From the IMG/VR virus record IMGVR_UViG_3300007539_009079: a DNA stretch of 64,000 nucleotides. One strand, given 5' to 3'. Shown piece by piece: positions 41,901 to 51,672 of the stretch. Position 1 is the stretch's first letter; the number at the start of each line of letters is the position of its first letter. The translations under genes and the position numbers were made by a program. The notes below the pieces were generated by a model. It was not told the DNA's origin. It saw only the letters and a list, made by a program, of their open reading frames with translations, and made no database searches. Source of the DNA: an uncultured virus (IMG/VR IMGVR_UViG_3300007539_009079). Lineage: Duplodnaviria > Heunggongvirae > Uroviricota > Caudoviricetes.

Positions 41901-44900
41901 TTTGGCACAGAATTAGATTATTCTCCTGGAGCAGTCAATAGTCTAAGGTTAGCAGATGTCAAAAGAATTGTTGCAATTGTTGATTCCTTAAATCCTAATC
42001 AAAATGTATCAAATGTAATGGTTACCACTGCTGTTGCTTCTCAAGCGACAGGAATTCCTAGCATTTATAACGTAACAAATGATTTTATCTTTGATACTGG
42101 ACAAAAAGATAATTATTATGATTATGCATCTATTCGATTAAAAAATAATGTTGCAAAACCGAAAGGTCAAGTTTTAGTAGTTTTGGATTATTATCTACAT
42201 ACAGGTTTTGGTCCTTTCACAGTTGATTCGTATGTATTTTCTGGGGCAGGAAATACAAAATATGGAGAAATTCCTAAACATACAAGTCCAACTACTGGTG
42301 TAACATATAATTTAAGAGATGTTATTGATTTTAGACCACGAAGAATAGGTATAGAACAGGAAAATGATTTTGGTTTATCAGCGACTAATAGCATATTAAC
42401 ATCTAATGTTTTTGCTAAGAAATGTATACCAGATTACGATTTTTCATTTGATTGCAATTATGATCATTATCTGCCTCGAAAAGATAAAGTAGTTTTAACT
42501 AGAGATAGACAATTTAAGATAATTGAAGGTATATCGGATATTAATCCTTTACTTCCACCGGACGAAGAAGATTCTGTAACATTATATAATTTAGAATTGC
42601 AACCTTTTACGTCAACATTTAGTGATGTAAAAGTTGAATATGTCGATAACAGAAGATATACCATGAAAGATATCGGATCTTTAGAAAAAAGAATTGAAGA
42701 ATTAGAATACTATGTTTCTTTGAATATTTTGGAAAAAGAAGCTGATGGATTAGTGATAACTGATTCAAATAAAAACGATAGATTTAAAAATGGAATTTTA
42801 GTGGATCCATTTAAAGGACACAACATAGGAGATGTTTTAAATTTGGATTATAGGTGCGCAATTGATTTCAGTAATAATAAATTAAGACCTATTTTTTATA
42901 GTGATGCTCACAAATTTAAGATCGATACCAATTCAACAACTTTAGTTAATAATTCAGGTATCTTAACATTACCATTTGTTAAGACTAAAATGATAAGTCA
43001 ATTAACAACTGGTAGTTGGGATGGCGCAAATATTAAAAATATAATCAATCCACAACCGGTAGGCGCCATTCAAAATTATATAGGATCGATGCACTTATCC
43101 CCACAAAGTGATATTTGGTATAGTCTTGACACATCAGTCACTGTTAAGGTTAATATAGAAGGCCAATTTGATAATTGGGCAAAAATGGAGTATAGAAACG
43201 GACACGGTACTCATTGGAATGATTGGGATGATTTTTGGTCTGGCAAGCAGGCAAGTAATGACACAAAAGATGGTTTAGTGGATTTGGGTAAATCTACCAT
43301 AAGTGAGAGATCCACAACTTTAACAAGTCAACAAAAAACAATGAGTGGTATAACAACTGGAAATATTCCGGATCAAATTTTAAAAACTTTTGGAAATAAG
43401 ATTCTAAATCTTAGTATAGTTCCTGCAGTTAGACCGCAAAAAATAACTTTTGTGGCTAAAGGTTTGAAACCAACTAAAGATGTTTATGCATTTTTTGGAG
43501 ATACAAGAGTTACATCAAGTATAAAACAAGCAACAATTATTACACTGAAAAATGTAAATACTGAGACAGTTTTTAGAACAACACCGAATAATTTTGAAGA
43601 ATTAGAAATTATTGGTAGTTCTGAAGAATCTGGTAATACCGCTACAGTTGTTTATATGTCAGATAGAAATACTGAAAATACTTGTACTATAATGGTTACA
43701 AATATGTCTAACGAGAATTCGTTTAGAATAAATCAAACATTACAAGGTAAAGATAATTTATGCTCAGGAGTAGTTACTCAAATACAAAATTTTAATATTT
43801 CTGATAATAGATTAACCGTGAATCCAGATGGTGTGACTGCCGGAGAATTTTTTATTCCTGAATCTTTTACGTCAAGTGATCTTTTGTTTAGAGTATGTGA
43901 TGATTTAGAAAATATTCCAGCATTAACTACATCAGTTGCTGAAGCGGTATTTTATTCCAAAGGAATAATTGATAATAAAAATGAAGATGGCGTAATTTCT
44001 CCCAGACCTATAATTTTAAGAAGACATGATATTGCAAGTGATATTATAATAAAAGATGTATTGGATTCTACGGAATCAGCGACTACTAATTTTTATTATC
44101 CTCTAGCACAAACATTTTATGTAAATGCTGAATTATATCCTAAGGGGGTGTTCTTAGAAAGAGTTGTTTTATTTTTTGAAACAAAGGATGATACCGTTGG
44201 AGCAAATACCCCGATAATTTTACAATTGAGACCGATGGTGAACGGAAAACCTAGTCCGTCTATTATTATTCCAGGTTCAGAAGTAACACTTACACCAGGA
44301 AGAGTAACGGCAAATTCTTCAATACCAACTCCATTATCTACTGCATTGTCAACTGATCAAATATTTCCTTCTCAAGAGTTAGGAAATAGTTACACTGCAA
44401 ATAAAAATGGATTAGATATAGGATCAAAAACTGTATTTCCTTTTGATTTTCCTGTTTATCTAGCACCTGGTGAATATGCTATAACTATCACAACGAATAG
44501 TGGATCTTATGGTTTATATGGTTTTGATGTTAATGCTTTTTTGACCGGAACAAATCCAAATGATTCATTGAAGGTAAAGAAAAATGATTATGTTGGTAAT
44601 TTATTTTTACCTACAAATACTGGAAACTATGAAGCTAGAAATAATAAGGGGTTAATGTTTGAAATTTACAGATGTGAATTTTCTGAAACTAGCGGAATTG
44701 CAAATTTTCTTAATGATGTTAAATCTTTGAATGGAACCGTAACATCTAATACAGTATTTGATAATTTTGAACTGATGAGTGACGTTATGCAATTTTCAGA
44801 AACTTTCGTAGATTATAAACATTCTTTGACTGAAAAAGGTGCGATTGAGAGAAATCCAGAAATTAGATTTACTCCTAATAAAACTATAGATCTTTTACAG

Positions 44901-45824
44901 CAAAAACAAATATCTTACATAACAGATATAGAAGATGATCAATATTCTAATTCATTAATGATAAATTTATATTTTGAAACTACAAATACTAAATTGTCTC
45001 CTGTTTTTGATCATACTAGAATGGGTATAATTACTATTCAAAATTTATTGAATAACGGAGAAATATCAAATTCAAATATAATACTAACAAATTCGGGACA
45101 AGGTTATGATACAGATGTGAATGGAAACACAGATGTTTTTGTGATATCAGAACCAGATTATGGAACAGATAGGGCAACAATAGCAGCAACTGTTTGGCCC
45201 AATACAAGCATAAAAGAGGTTTATGTAGTAAATCCAGGTTCCGGATACGTCACAACACCTAGTGTCACAATTTATGATGGTGGAAATCCTGGTGTTGAAA
45301 CAGATAATGTTGCCTCAACAACATCAATGGTATTGAGTGTAAATGGTGAGGGGGCAAAGTCAACTGAAATGTTAACTGCAGGAAAAGAGCATTCCTTTGG
45401 AGGCAATTTATTGTCCAGATATATCAGTAAAAGGGTGACATTGGAGGAAGGTTTTGATGCTAAAGATTTGCGTGTTTATTTAAATTTATACAAACCTAGA
45501 GGAACTAATGTGCATGTTTATTATAAAGTTCTTTCAGATAATGATCAGGAGAATTTTGATGAAAAACCATACATTATAATGAAACAAGATACTGCCGAAT
45601 CAACTTATTCTTTGAATGAAGATGATATTAAGACATTTGTTTTTAAAACAGAAGATGAATATATAAATTATACCAACTCTGATGGAACAATTTTTGATAC
45701 ATTTAGAACATTTGCAATCAAAATTGCATTTACTATGAATAGAGCTGCGCAAACAAATTTCATTGGAATTCCAAAAGTAATTGATATGCGAGCAATTGCC
45801 TTAGATAGTGTAGGTGTACCTTGA
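38964..45824 (+). CDS. Very large virion structural protein (DUF4815/VrlC-like)
   Basis: NVSPYFDDF..LFRPGFSVQAREINQLQS..APGANR..GPGKAYVKGYE..NRRYTMKDIG..RFKNGILVDPF..PLAQTF..FAIKI..P...DMRAIAL. Confidence 0.85.
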   Translation: MPKLTQNFNVSPYFDDFSENNEFYKILFRPGFSVQAREINQLQSILQNQIEKLGDINYSNGSRVFGGDLTINTKINSLTIKVEYLGDEINVNNFIGRTIQGQTSLAKAQVVAASIYTNQDNNTLMINYFGETLFLDGEVINTIDEGISYFGVVTDSSDGILFSETLITSLSSGKGSVCGISEGIFYLGGYFLYIPEQTIILDKFSDKPTYRIGLEIDESIISSIEDTKLLDNALGFPNYAAPGANRYKISLSLVKKEFFEEGKQILPAGVTFTIDEKDYKTGQITITTATDHNVVVGDTVVVTGALDNSVNGKYVVNKVGSSISFGYKISGKPSSTVIGDIKYIKGIVDPIEQTSSSNFIEMLRLENGEKTEEVTYPILGEIEKTLAKRTYDTNGDFTVRLFPISIKQHRINGVATNRTVQNTFVGFSGSGTNFVSDLNQGDTIFLSGNTTKTAIVNTITNSTYLLLSTASTSLGNGTESQRIGIESKLTLELGPGKAYVKGYEFETLTNKNLNLSKARDTRSVINEQQGLDFGPYLKVTDYFANNIVDSGIDTANGGGSGMDIFDLHLVKWPSTSRTDGTLNLIQHDTEGEISFVGINDTSTDLINNTKIGTARIRQIDHLGGRSSSVNSKYATNSTDRTYHRLYPALFNLHLFDFRFSKKEGTVTASNANINQITLDDQFKTVNCLFGATITVNTNFLGIKTSDTRKIISYEGNSPNASVEYMAVLDQDLSQPTQSDTTYTINFSIKDVRSGIKIKDTGAGSSVITSGFNIDVSGKSTLTDEGDTVLFDNNDDQRTLLFPFNNKAIASTSNRDYKFKRTFTTQLSGNVATFNTPFGSNEKFFPGTISDLTLSESQAEENYVITILDPDGSQTGVEGDYIEFSNTSGTGLSTGRSIRTSLAAQQLIIDVETDHPSRLDYDYSDKYIHVSATMISEDSSVGAEIGKKILVTGNVSGALINSTTSTISPNLLQAQQGQIAFGTELDYSPGAVNSLRLADVKRIVAIVDSLNPNQNVSNVMVTTAVASQATGIPSIYNVTNDFIFDTGQKDNYYDYASIRLKNNVAKPKGQVLVVLDYYLHTGFGPFTVDSYVFSGAGNTKYGEIPKHTSPTTGVTYNLRDVIDFRPRRIGIEQENDFGLSATNSILTSNVFAKKCIPDYDFSFDCNYDHYLPRKDKVVLTRDRQFKIIEGISDINPLLPPDEEDSVTLYNLELQPFTSTFSDVKVEYVDNRRYTMKDIGSLEKRIEELEYYVSLNILEKEADGLVITDSNKNDRFKNGILVDPFKGHNIGDVLNLDYRCAIDFSNNKLRPIFYSDAHKFKIDTNSTTLVNNSGILTLPFVKTKMISQLTTGSWDGANIKNIINPQPVGAIQNYIGSMHLSPQSDIWYSLDTSVTVKVNIEGQFDNWAKMEYRNGHGTHWNDWDDFWSGKQASNDTKDGLVDLGKSTISERSTTLTSQQKTMSGITTGNIPDQILKTFGNKILNLSIVPAVRPQKITFVAKGLKPTKDVYAFFGDTRVTSSIKQATIITLKNVNTETVFRTTPNNFEELEIIGSSEESGNTATVVYMSDRNTENTCTIMVTNMSNENSFRINQTLQGKDNLCSGVVTQIQNFNISDNRLTVNPDGVTAGEFFIPESFTSSDLLFRVCDDLENIPALTTSVAEAVFYSKGIIDNKNEDGVISPRPIILRRHDIASDIIIKDVLDSTESATTNFYYPLAQTFYVNAELYPKGVFLERVVLFFETKDDTVGANTPIILQLRPMVNGKPSPSIIIPGSEVTLTPGRVTANSSIPTPLSTALSTDQIFPSQELGNSYTANKNGLDIGSKTVFPFDFPVYLAPGEYAITITTNSGSYGLYGFDVNAFLTGTNPNDSLKVKKNDYVGNLFLPTNTGNYEARNNKGLMFEIYRCEFSETSGIANFLNDVKSLNGTVTSNTVFDNFELMSDVMQFSETFVDYKHSLTEKGAIERNPEIRFTPNKTIDLLQQKQISYITDIEDDQYSNSLMINLYFETTNTKLSPVFDHTRMGIITIQNLLNNGEISNSNIILTNSGQGYDTDVNGNTDVFVISEPDYGTDRATIAATVWPNTSIKEVYVVNPGSGYVTTPSVTIYDGGNPGVETDNVASTTSMVLSVNGEGAKSTEMLTAGKEHSFGGNLLSRYISKRVTLEEGFDAKDLRVYLNLYKPRGTNVHVYYKVLSDNDQENFDEKPYIIMKQDTAESTYSLNEDDIKTFVFKTEDEYINYTNSDGTIFDTFRTFAIKIAFTMNRAAQTNFIGIPKVIDMRAIALDSVGVP

Positions 45825-46039
45825 AAAAAATAAAAACTGATGATCCAAAATATTTAAAAGATTCTTTTTCTAATGCTATCATTAGAAATGATAGAAAAAA
45901 TTTAGAAATGCATAGGATGAAAGTTAAACAATCCAATGAAATAATAAGTAATTCTAATGAAATAAATAATTTGAAAAAAGAAATAATGGAATTAAAAAGA
46001 GTGATGAATTATATACTAGAAAAAATTTCTCAGGAATAA
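45821..46039 (+). CDS. Small coiled-coil hypothetical protein
   Basis: 72 aa; LKD..SNAII..EINNLKKEI; TTG start overlaps the upstream stop. Confidence 0.7.
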   Translation: MKKIKTDDPKYLKDSFSNAIIRNDRKNLEMHRMKVKQSNEIISNSNEINNLKKEIMELKRVMNYILEKISQE

Positions 46040-46042
46040 AAA

Positions 46043-49000
46043 ATGTCCATATCTCAAGCACTTTTAGACGTAGAATTAACTAATACCTTTGAAGAATGGA
46101 GGGTTGAAACTAATAAAGCACTTGCTGTTTTAAGAGAATCTTCCGATGACGATCCTTTGAGTAGTTTAGTTTCTACAACTAATACAGGCAGGGTTTACAT
46201 AAATGTTGTTTCTGCCAACACAATATCATCCAATATTGCAACAGGTGTTAGTCTATATTATACTGGCCAGGGTTCTACTGTTGATTTTACAGGTGCGAAT
46301 GTTGTTTCACTAGGCATATCGAAAGAAATTAAGGTAGAAGGAGGTCCTACCGTAAGCGGTTCTAATCCGGATTCTTACATTCAAAGTGTGCAAATTAGAG
46401 ATAGTGAAATTTTATTAAATGGTCAAGATTTGATTGCTGGCGGACCTTCGGAAATTGATTTGAATCAAGCTATTGTCAGAAATTTAGGTGAAGTTAAAAA
46501 AATAACCATAGTGCCCGAAAAATCATCTGATGGAACTGGTACTGCAGGAACTTTATATGGCACAAGTTTAAAAATTAATAGTACTTTTTATGGAACTCTG
46601 ACAATTCAAGATGGTACACATAACTTTACTGGTGCCGTTTTTTTGGGAGGTGAATATGAATCATCCGAATATCATTCAGGTATTATTCACAGCAGTCAAA
46701 TAACAGTTAACACAGGATCATATTTAGTTACCAATACAAGCACCATTTTTGCATCAAATGATGATGCAAATGTTGCTATTGGAAAATTTATTGAATGGTC
46801 GGGTCCAGGATCTCTGAGATTTCCAGAATCATCTTCTGGAAGATTACACATCAGAAGAGATTTTGCTGCAGACAGTAATCAAAAAACTGTTGTTAATACT
46901 TTTGGTGATGAATTGGTTCTAGAGGGTAATACATCTGTTGGTATGACATTGATCTCCAATACCGCATCAAACAACAATATTTATTTTGGAGATGATAACA
47001 CTCCTGATAAAGGGTTTTTAAGATATGGCAATGATAATAATCGATTAACTTTTGGGGTTAATAGTTCTGAAAGTGTAAAAATATATCCTCAAAATGGAGG
47101 CGGATTAGAAATCGCAACGGAAGGACATTTTGAATCGATTTTAGGTAAATTACACATTCATCAATCCAACATTGATCCGACTAATGCTCTTTACATAAAT
47201 TCTGATAGAGGTGATAGTCCTGCCATGACGGTTGTGAGTAGTCAAACAACTGCAAATATAATCAATATTAATACTGACAGTTTGTCTTCCGGATCTTTTC
47301 TTAACATGAGATATGGTTCATCTACTCAAAATTGGATCGGTTCAATTATTGAGATGAACGATGATAATCAAACAAATGATACCAGATCTTTAGTAGTGTT
47401 GAATCAAAATCATGAAGATGCTACAGGCGTTAGATTGATAGATTTATATTCAAAAGCAGGTCGAGGCGTATATATCAACCAAGATGCTGATTTTTATACG
47501 TTGTCCATAGATGCAGAAAATTCAACAAAAAATACTATTGATATTTTAGTTGATAATTTGACAACAGGAACAGGTCTACACCTTTCAACTACTTCAGATC
47601 ATACATCAAATTTAGTCAGTTTAATTAGTAACGGTTCAGGAACATTGGGATCTAGCCTATATGTTAAAACAAGTGCTATTAATTTGAGCGATACTATATT
47701 GGTAGAAAATAATGATGGCAAGTTGTTCAATATCGAATCAACTGGTAGTGTAGGAGTTAATTTAGCATTGATAAATGGAATAGATGTAAAAATAAAAGAT
47801 CCTAATCCTACATTTTCTCCATCAAAAGCGCATGAAGTTTTGCTCAAGACTGGAGATGGAACAGCATTTCATACATTACATGTTGGAGGAACTTTTGGTG
47901 TAGAAGCAAATTCAATATTCAATGGCAATGAAATGAGAATCAATTCCAATGTTGTACAACAAAATGGAAATACAACTGTTATGATGATGGACACTCATGG
48001 TGAAGGTTATGCTATTTTTGGATTGGGTGAAAATGTTACTGAATTTGCAGGAACAAATTTGTGGATAACATATCCTGGTAATGATAGACAAGGATATGCA
48101 TATATGGGAATGGGTGATATTGAATTTAATGCAGGTCCTGGCAATGAATATTTGAATTATAGACCAGAAAGATGGGCTATTGAATTTAATCAATACAATA
48201 GCAATATGCTTTTTTCTGGAAAATTAACAGTAAATAATAATGCTCAATTTAACGATAATGTACACATAAAAGATAATATCACTTCAAACGGTAACATGAC
48301 AGTTGATGGTGTGGTTTCATTGGCTGATGGAAGTGTTTATTTTGAATCTACTGGACCGCAAACATCGGATGGAAATTTTATTCTTAAACATCCTACGACT
48401 TTTTTAGATACTGTGAGCATTGAAGGTCCTATTGCTACCGCAGAAATGAGTATTGGAGGAGATTTAGAAGTTTCAGGTAATGTTGTCATTCAACCTCCCG
48501 GTCCTTTACATGTAAATGTTTATAGTTTTTTTATAAATGATGCTGTTTTTAGGGATAATGTAACTATTGATGATAATCTGTTGACTAGAAAAGATGCAAC
48601 TTTTACTCGAAATGTTAATTTTAGTAATGCATTATCTACAGTTACTTATAAAGGTGATTTGGACTATGATGGATTAAATGTTCACATTACTAATGTATTA
48701 TCAAATACTTTTGTGAAAGGTACAAGTAATTTTATTGGCAATACACGTTTTTTTGCTGAAAATGTTTATATTAATAGTACAACATCAAACACATTTACCA
48801 GAGGAAATTTTAATGTTGAAGGAAATGTTGCATTAAATGGATCAAACACTGAAATAACATCTAATACAAATATCACACAAGGATATTTTTATGTACAAAA
48901 TACTGTAAGCCTTGTAAGCACTGATAATAGTGGTGAAATAGCCATAACCATTTCTAAAGAACTTGATGAAGATTCTGGAGATACCTATGGTAACACATGG

Positions 49001-50653
49001 ATTACAGGAGTTTTAACAAATTATGGAAATACACATGTTACAAATAACCTTAGTGTTGCGGGAACTACAACACTAACCGGTAATTTGAATATGGCAAATA
49101 ATGATATTAATGCAAATAATATAGTTATTGAACATCATGCTACTGTAAAAGGTAATTTAAATGTGTCTGAAGGAGACATATTAGGCAGTGATGATATGAC
49201 TTTGAAAAATCATTTAACAATTGAAAATGGTAGATTGACGGTGAGTAATTCCTCCTCTAATAATTATTTTGCTGGAGATGTATTTGTTGGAGGTGATTCT
49301 ACTATAATAGGAACATTGTATGTTAACGATGGTGATATAGTTGGTGATGTTAATCTAGATTTACAAGGAAACCTAGATTTGGAAGGTTTTATTGATTCTC
49401 ATGAACAAATTCAAACTGATTCCTATTTTCATAGTAAAGGCGTTGGACCTGCAAATAAAAATAGAATAGGTTTGGATACTTTGATTGTAACAGGTAATGC
49501 ATTGAGTAAGCATTTATATTCAAATACATGGATTACAGGTAATACCCGAATATCGAAAGATTTAACGGTCAATCAAAAATTATTTGTTGGGCAGAAGGTG
49601 ACTTTTAATGATGATTTAAAAGTTCAAGATGTAGAGTGTGCGAACTTAAATGCTACTGGTACATTTACATTAAAAGGTAATGTTATTGCAAATGGTGTGC
49701 AAGTTACCACTCATAATATTGATATTGACAGAGGAAAATTAATTGTTTCAGATACAGCAGCAATTTCTAATTTTAAGGGTCACTTATTAGTAAATGGAAA
49801 TACTGATATTGGTGGCCATATTAATCAAACAAGCAATCTTCATAAATTAAATTTAAAGGGTGATACGGTCAGTGAAGGTAGTGCAAAATTTAAAAAATTC
49901 ATCAATACCGAATCAACCATAATGAGTAGCGGTATTTTAACAGTCAAAGGTACAGGTGTAACTAAAATTGGAGGCACTGGAGGCACTTTTCAGGTGCATC
50001 CAGACAACACTTCAAACACTGATGGATTAATAACTTCCGATGCTGACCATTGGGTTCAACATGACCTCTATGTGGCAGGTAATGTTAAAATTAAAGGTAC
50101 TATAGATGCTGCCTCCGTGAATTATAGTTCAGTGACATCATCTGGTAATCAAACAACAACTGGATACAATTCAGCAAAATATTTTACAGCTACTGGAACA
50201 GCATATGGTGAAAATCTTTCTCGTTTTTATGAACTTGCAGCTCATAAATTAATTGTTAATACATCTGTTACTACTGCGACTGCCAGTGTAACAGGTAATA
50301 TGAATGTAGATGGTGATTTTTCAGCTAATACAAGTAAATCTGCAATTTTAGGATCGACATCGGTAAGATCATTGAATTTAAATTCAGGTAATATAACTTC
50401 AGTTAACCAAATTTCTGTATCTACGGTTTCGGTTTCATCTGGCGGATCAAGTACATTGAGAGATGCTACAATAGAAGAATTAGATGTTTCAGAAAGATCA
50501 AGAATAAAAGATTTATATGTCAATGGTGATTGTCATGTCACGGGTGAGATAGGAGCAGGAACTGGTACAACTGGTTTAATAAATTGTGCATTGCCGGTTT
50601 ATGACTCTGGTGGACAGCTGTTAAATACGATATCAATATCAATTCCTAGTTAA
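46043..50653 (+). CDS. Tail fibre / baseplate-attached beta-helical protein
   Basis: N-terminal NTFEEWRVETN attachment motif; long N/T/S/G/V-rich repeats (G.L.V.GN). Confidence 0.7.
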   Translation: MSISQALLDVELTNTFEEWRVETNKALAVLRESSDDDPLSSLVSTTNTGRVYINVVSANTISSNIATGVSLYYTGQGSTVDFTGANVVSLGISKEIKVEGGPTVSGSNPDSYIQSVQIRDSEILLNGQDLIAGGPSEIDLNQAIVRNLGEVKKITIVPEKSSDGTGTAGTLYGTSLKINSTFYGTLTIQDGTHNFTGAVFLGGEYESSEYHSGIIHSSQITVNTGSYLVTNTSTIFASNDDANVAIGKFIEWSGPGSLRFPESSSGRLHIRRDFAADSNQKTVVNTFGDELVLEGNTSVGMTLISNTASNNNIYFGDDNTPDKGFLRYGNDNNRLTFGVNSSESVKIYPQNGGGLEIATEGHFESILGKLHIHQSNIDPTNALYINSDRGDSPAMTVVSSQTTANIININTDSLSSGSFLNMRYGSSTQNWIGSIIEMNDDNQTNDTRSLVVLNQNHEDATGVRLIDLYSKAGRGVYINQDADFYTLSIDAENSTKNTIDILVDNLTTGTGLHLSTTSDHTSNLVSLISNGSGTLGSSLYVKTSAINLSDTILVENNDGKLFNIESTGSVGVNLALINGIDVKIKDPNPTFSPSKAHEVLLKTGDGTAFHTLHVGGTFGVEANSIFNGNEMRINSNVVQQNGNTTVMMMDTHGEGYAIFGLGENVTEFAGTNLWITYPGNDRQGYAYMGMGDIEFNAGPGNEYLNYRPERWAIEFNQYNSNMLFSGKLTVNNNAQFNDNVHIKDNITSNGNMTVDGVVSLADGSVYFESTGPQTSDGNFILKHPTTFLDTVSIEGPIATAEMSIGGDLEVSGNVVIQPPGPLHVNVYSFFINDAVFRDNVTIDDNLLTRKDATFTRNVNFSNALSTVTYKGDLDYDGLNVHITNVLSNTFVKGTSNFIGNTRFFAENVYINSTTSNTFTRGNFNVEGNVALNGSNTEITSNTNITQGYFYVQNTVSLVSTDNSGEIAITISKELDEDSGDTYGNTWITGVLTNYGNTHVTNNLSVAGTTTLTGNLNMANNDINANNIVIEHHATVKGNLNVSEGDILGSDDMTLKNHLTIENGRLTVSNSSSNNYFAGDVFVGGDSTIIGTLYVNDGDIVGDVNLDLQGNLDLEGFIDSHEQIQTDSYFHSKGVGPANKNRIGLDTLIVTGNALSKHLYSNTWITGNTRISKDLTVNQKLFVGQKVTFNDDLKVQDVECANLNATGTFTLKGNVIANGVQVTTHNIDIDRGKLIVSDTAAISNFKGHLLVNGNTDIGGHINQTSNLHKLNLKGDTVSEGSAKFKKFINTESTIMSSGILTVKGTGVTKIGGTGGTFQVHPDNTSNTDGLITSDADHWVQHDLYVAGNVKIKGTIDAASVNYSSVTSSGNQTTTGYNSAKYFTATGTAYGENLSRFYELAAHKLIVNTSVTTATASVTGNMNVDGDFSANTSKSAILGSTSVRSLNLNSGNITSVNQISVSTVSVSSGGSSTLRDATIEELDVSERSRIKDLYVNGDCHVTGEIGAGTGTTGLINCALPVYDSGGQLLNTISISIPS

Positions 50654-50667
50654 TAATTTAGGTTTAA

Positions 50668-51672
50668 ATGTCTCGACCAACATCAAGAGAAGAACTTAAA
50701 CAATATTGTTTAAGAACTTTAGGAAAACCAGTAATCGAAATAAATGTTGATGATGATCAACTTGAGGATAGAATAGATGAAGGATTGCAATTTTTTCAAG
50801 AATATCATTTTGATGGAGTTGAAAAAATTTACCATAGACATAGAATTACGGGTTCAACTTTAACTTTAGATACCATTTCTGGTAATTTTGAAAATGGCGA
50901 AATAATCGAAGGTTCTACTTCAAAGGCAAAGGCAAAAGTAGTCTCCTCAAATAATTCCATTATAACATTTAAAGATCATAAAGATTCGACAGGTATATCA
51001 AATAATAATACCTCATCATCTTTTACAAATGGTGAAACAATATCTGGTTTAAAATCAGGCGCCACAGCGATTACACCTAGTGATGGTGATGTTGTTGTTT
51101 TTGGTGATATTGACAATAGGTTTATACCTTTAAGTGATGCTATAATAGGTGTTATTTCTATTTTTGATATACAAAATGTAAGTGGACAAACATCAAGTGA
51201 CATGTTTTCATTTAGATATCAATTTCACCTGAATGAATTGCCATATTTAACTGCTGGTTCTATAATTAATTATTCAATGTCAATGCAACACATTCAACTA
51301 TTGAATGATATTTTTGTCGGAAAGAAACCTATTAGGTTTAATAGATTACAAAATAGATTATATGTTGACATGGATTGGGCTAATGATATTGATGTTGATG
51401 AATATATTATTGTTGAAGCATTTAGAATATTAGATGCTTCAAAGTATGCTGATGTTTATAATGATATGTTTGTAAAAAGATATATTACAGCATTATTTAA
51501 AAAGCAATGGGGGTCCAATTTAATAAAATATCAAGGAGTGTCATTACCAGGAGGAATAACATTAGATGGTAGACAATTATACGATGATGCTATAAATGAG
51601 ATCAGAGAAATAGAAGAACAAGTACAAAGTAAATTTCAGTTACCAATTGACTTTATGGTAGGACCAGGTTAA
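50668..51672 (+). CDS. gp13: Neck protein gp13
   Basis: SREELKQYCLRTLGKPVIEINVDDDQLEDRID..EYHFDG..KQWGSNLIKY..LPGG. Confidence 0.95.
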   Translation: MSRPTSREELKQYCLRTLGKPVIEINVDDDQLEDRIDEGLQFFQEYHFDGVEKIYHRHRITGSTLTLDTISGNFENGEIIEGSTSKAKAKVVSSNNSIITFKDHKDSTGISNNNTSSSFTNGETISGLKSGATAITPSDGDVVVFGDIDNRFIPLSDAIIGVISIFDIQNVSGQTSSDMFSFRYQFHLNELPYLTAGSIINYSMSMQHIQLLNDIFVGKKPIRFNRLQNRLYVDMDWANDIDVDEYIIVEAFRILDASKYADVYNDMFVKRYITALFKKQWGSNLIKYQGVSLPGGITLDGRQLYDDAINEIREIEEQVQSKFQLPIDFMVGPG

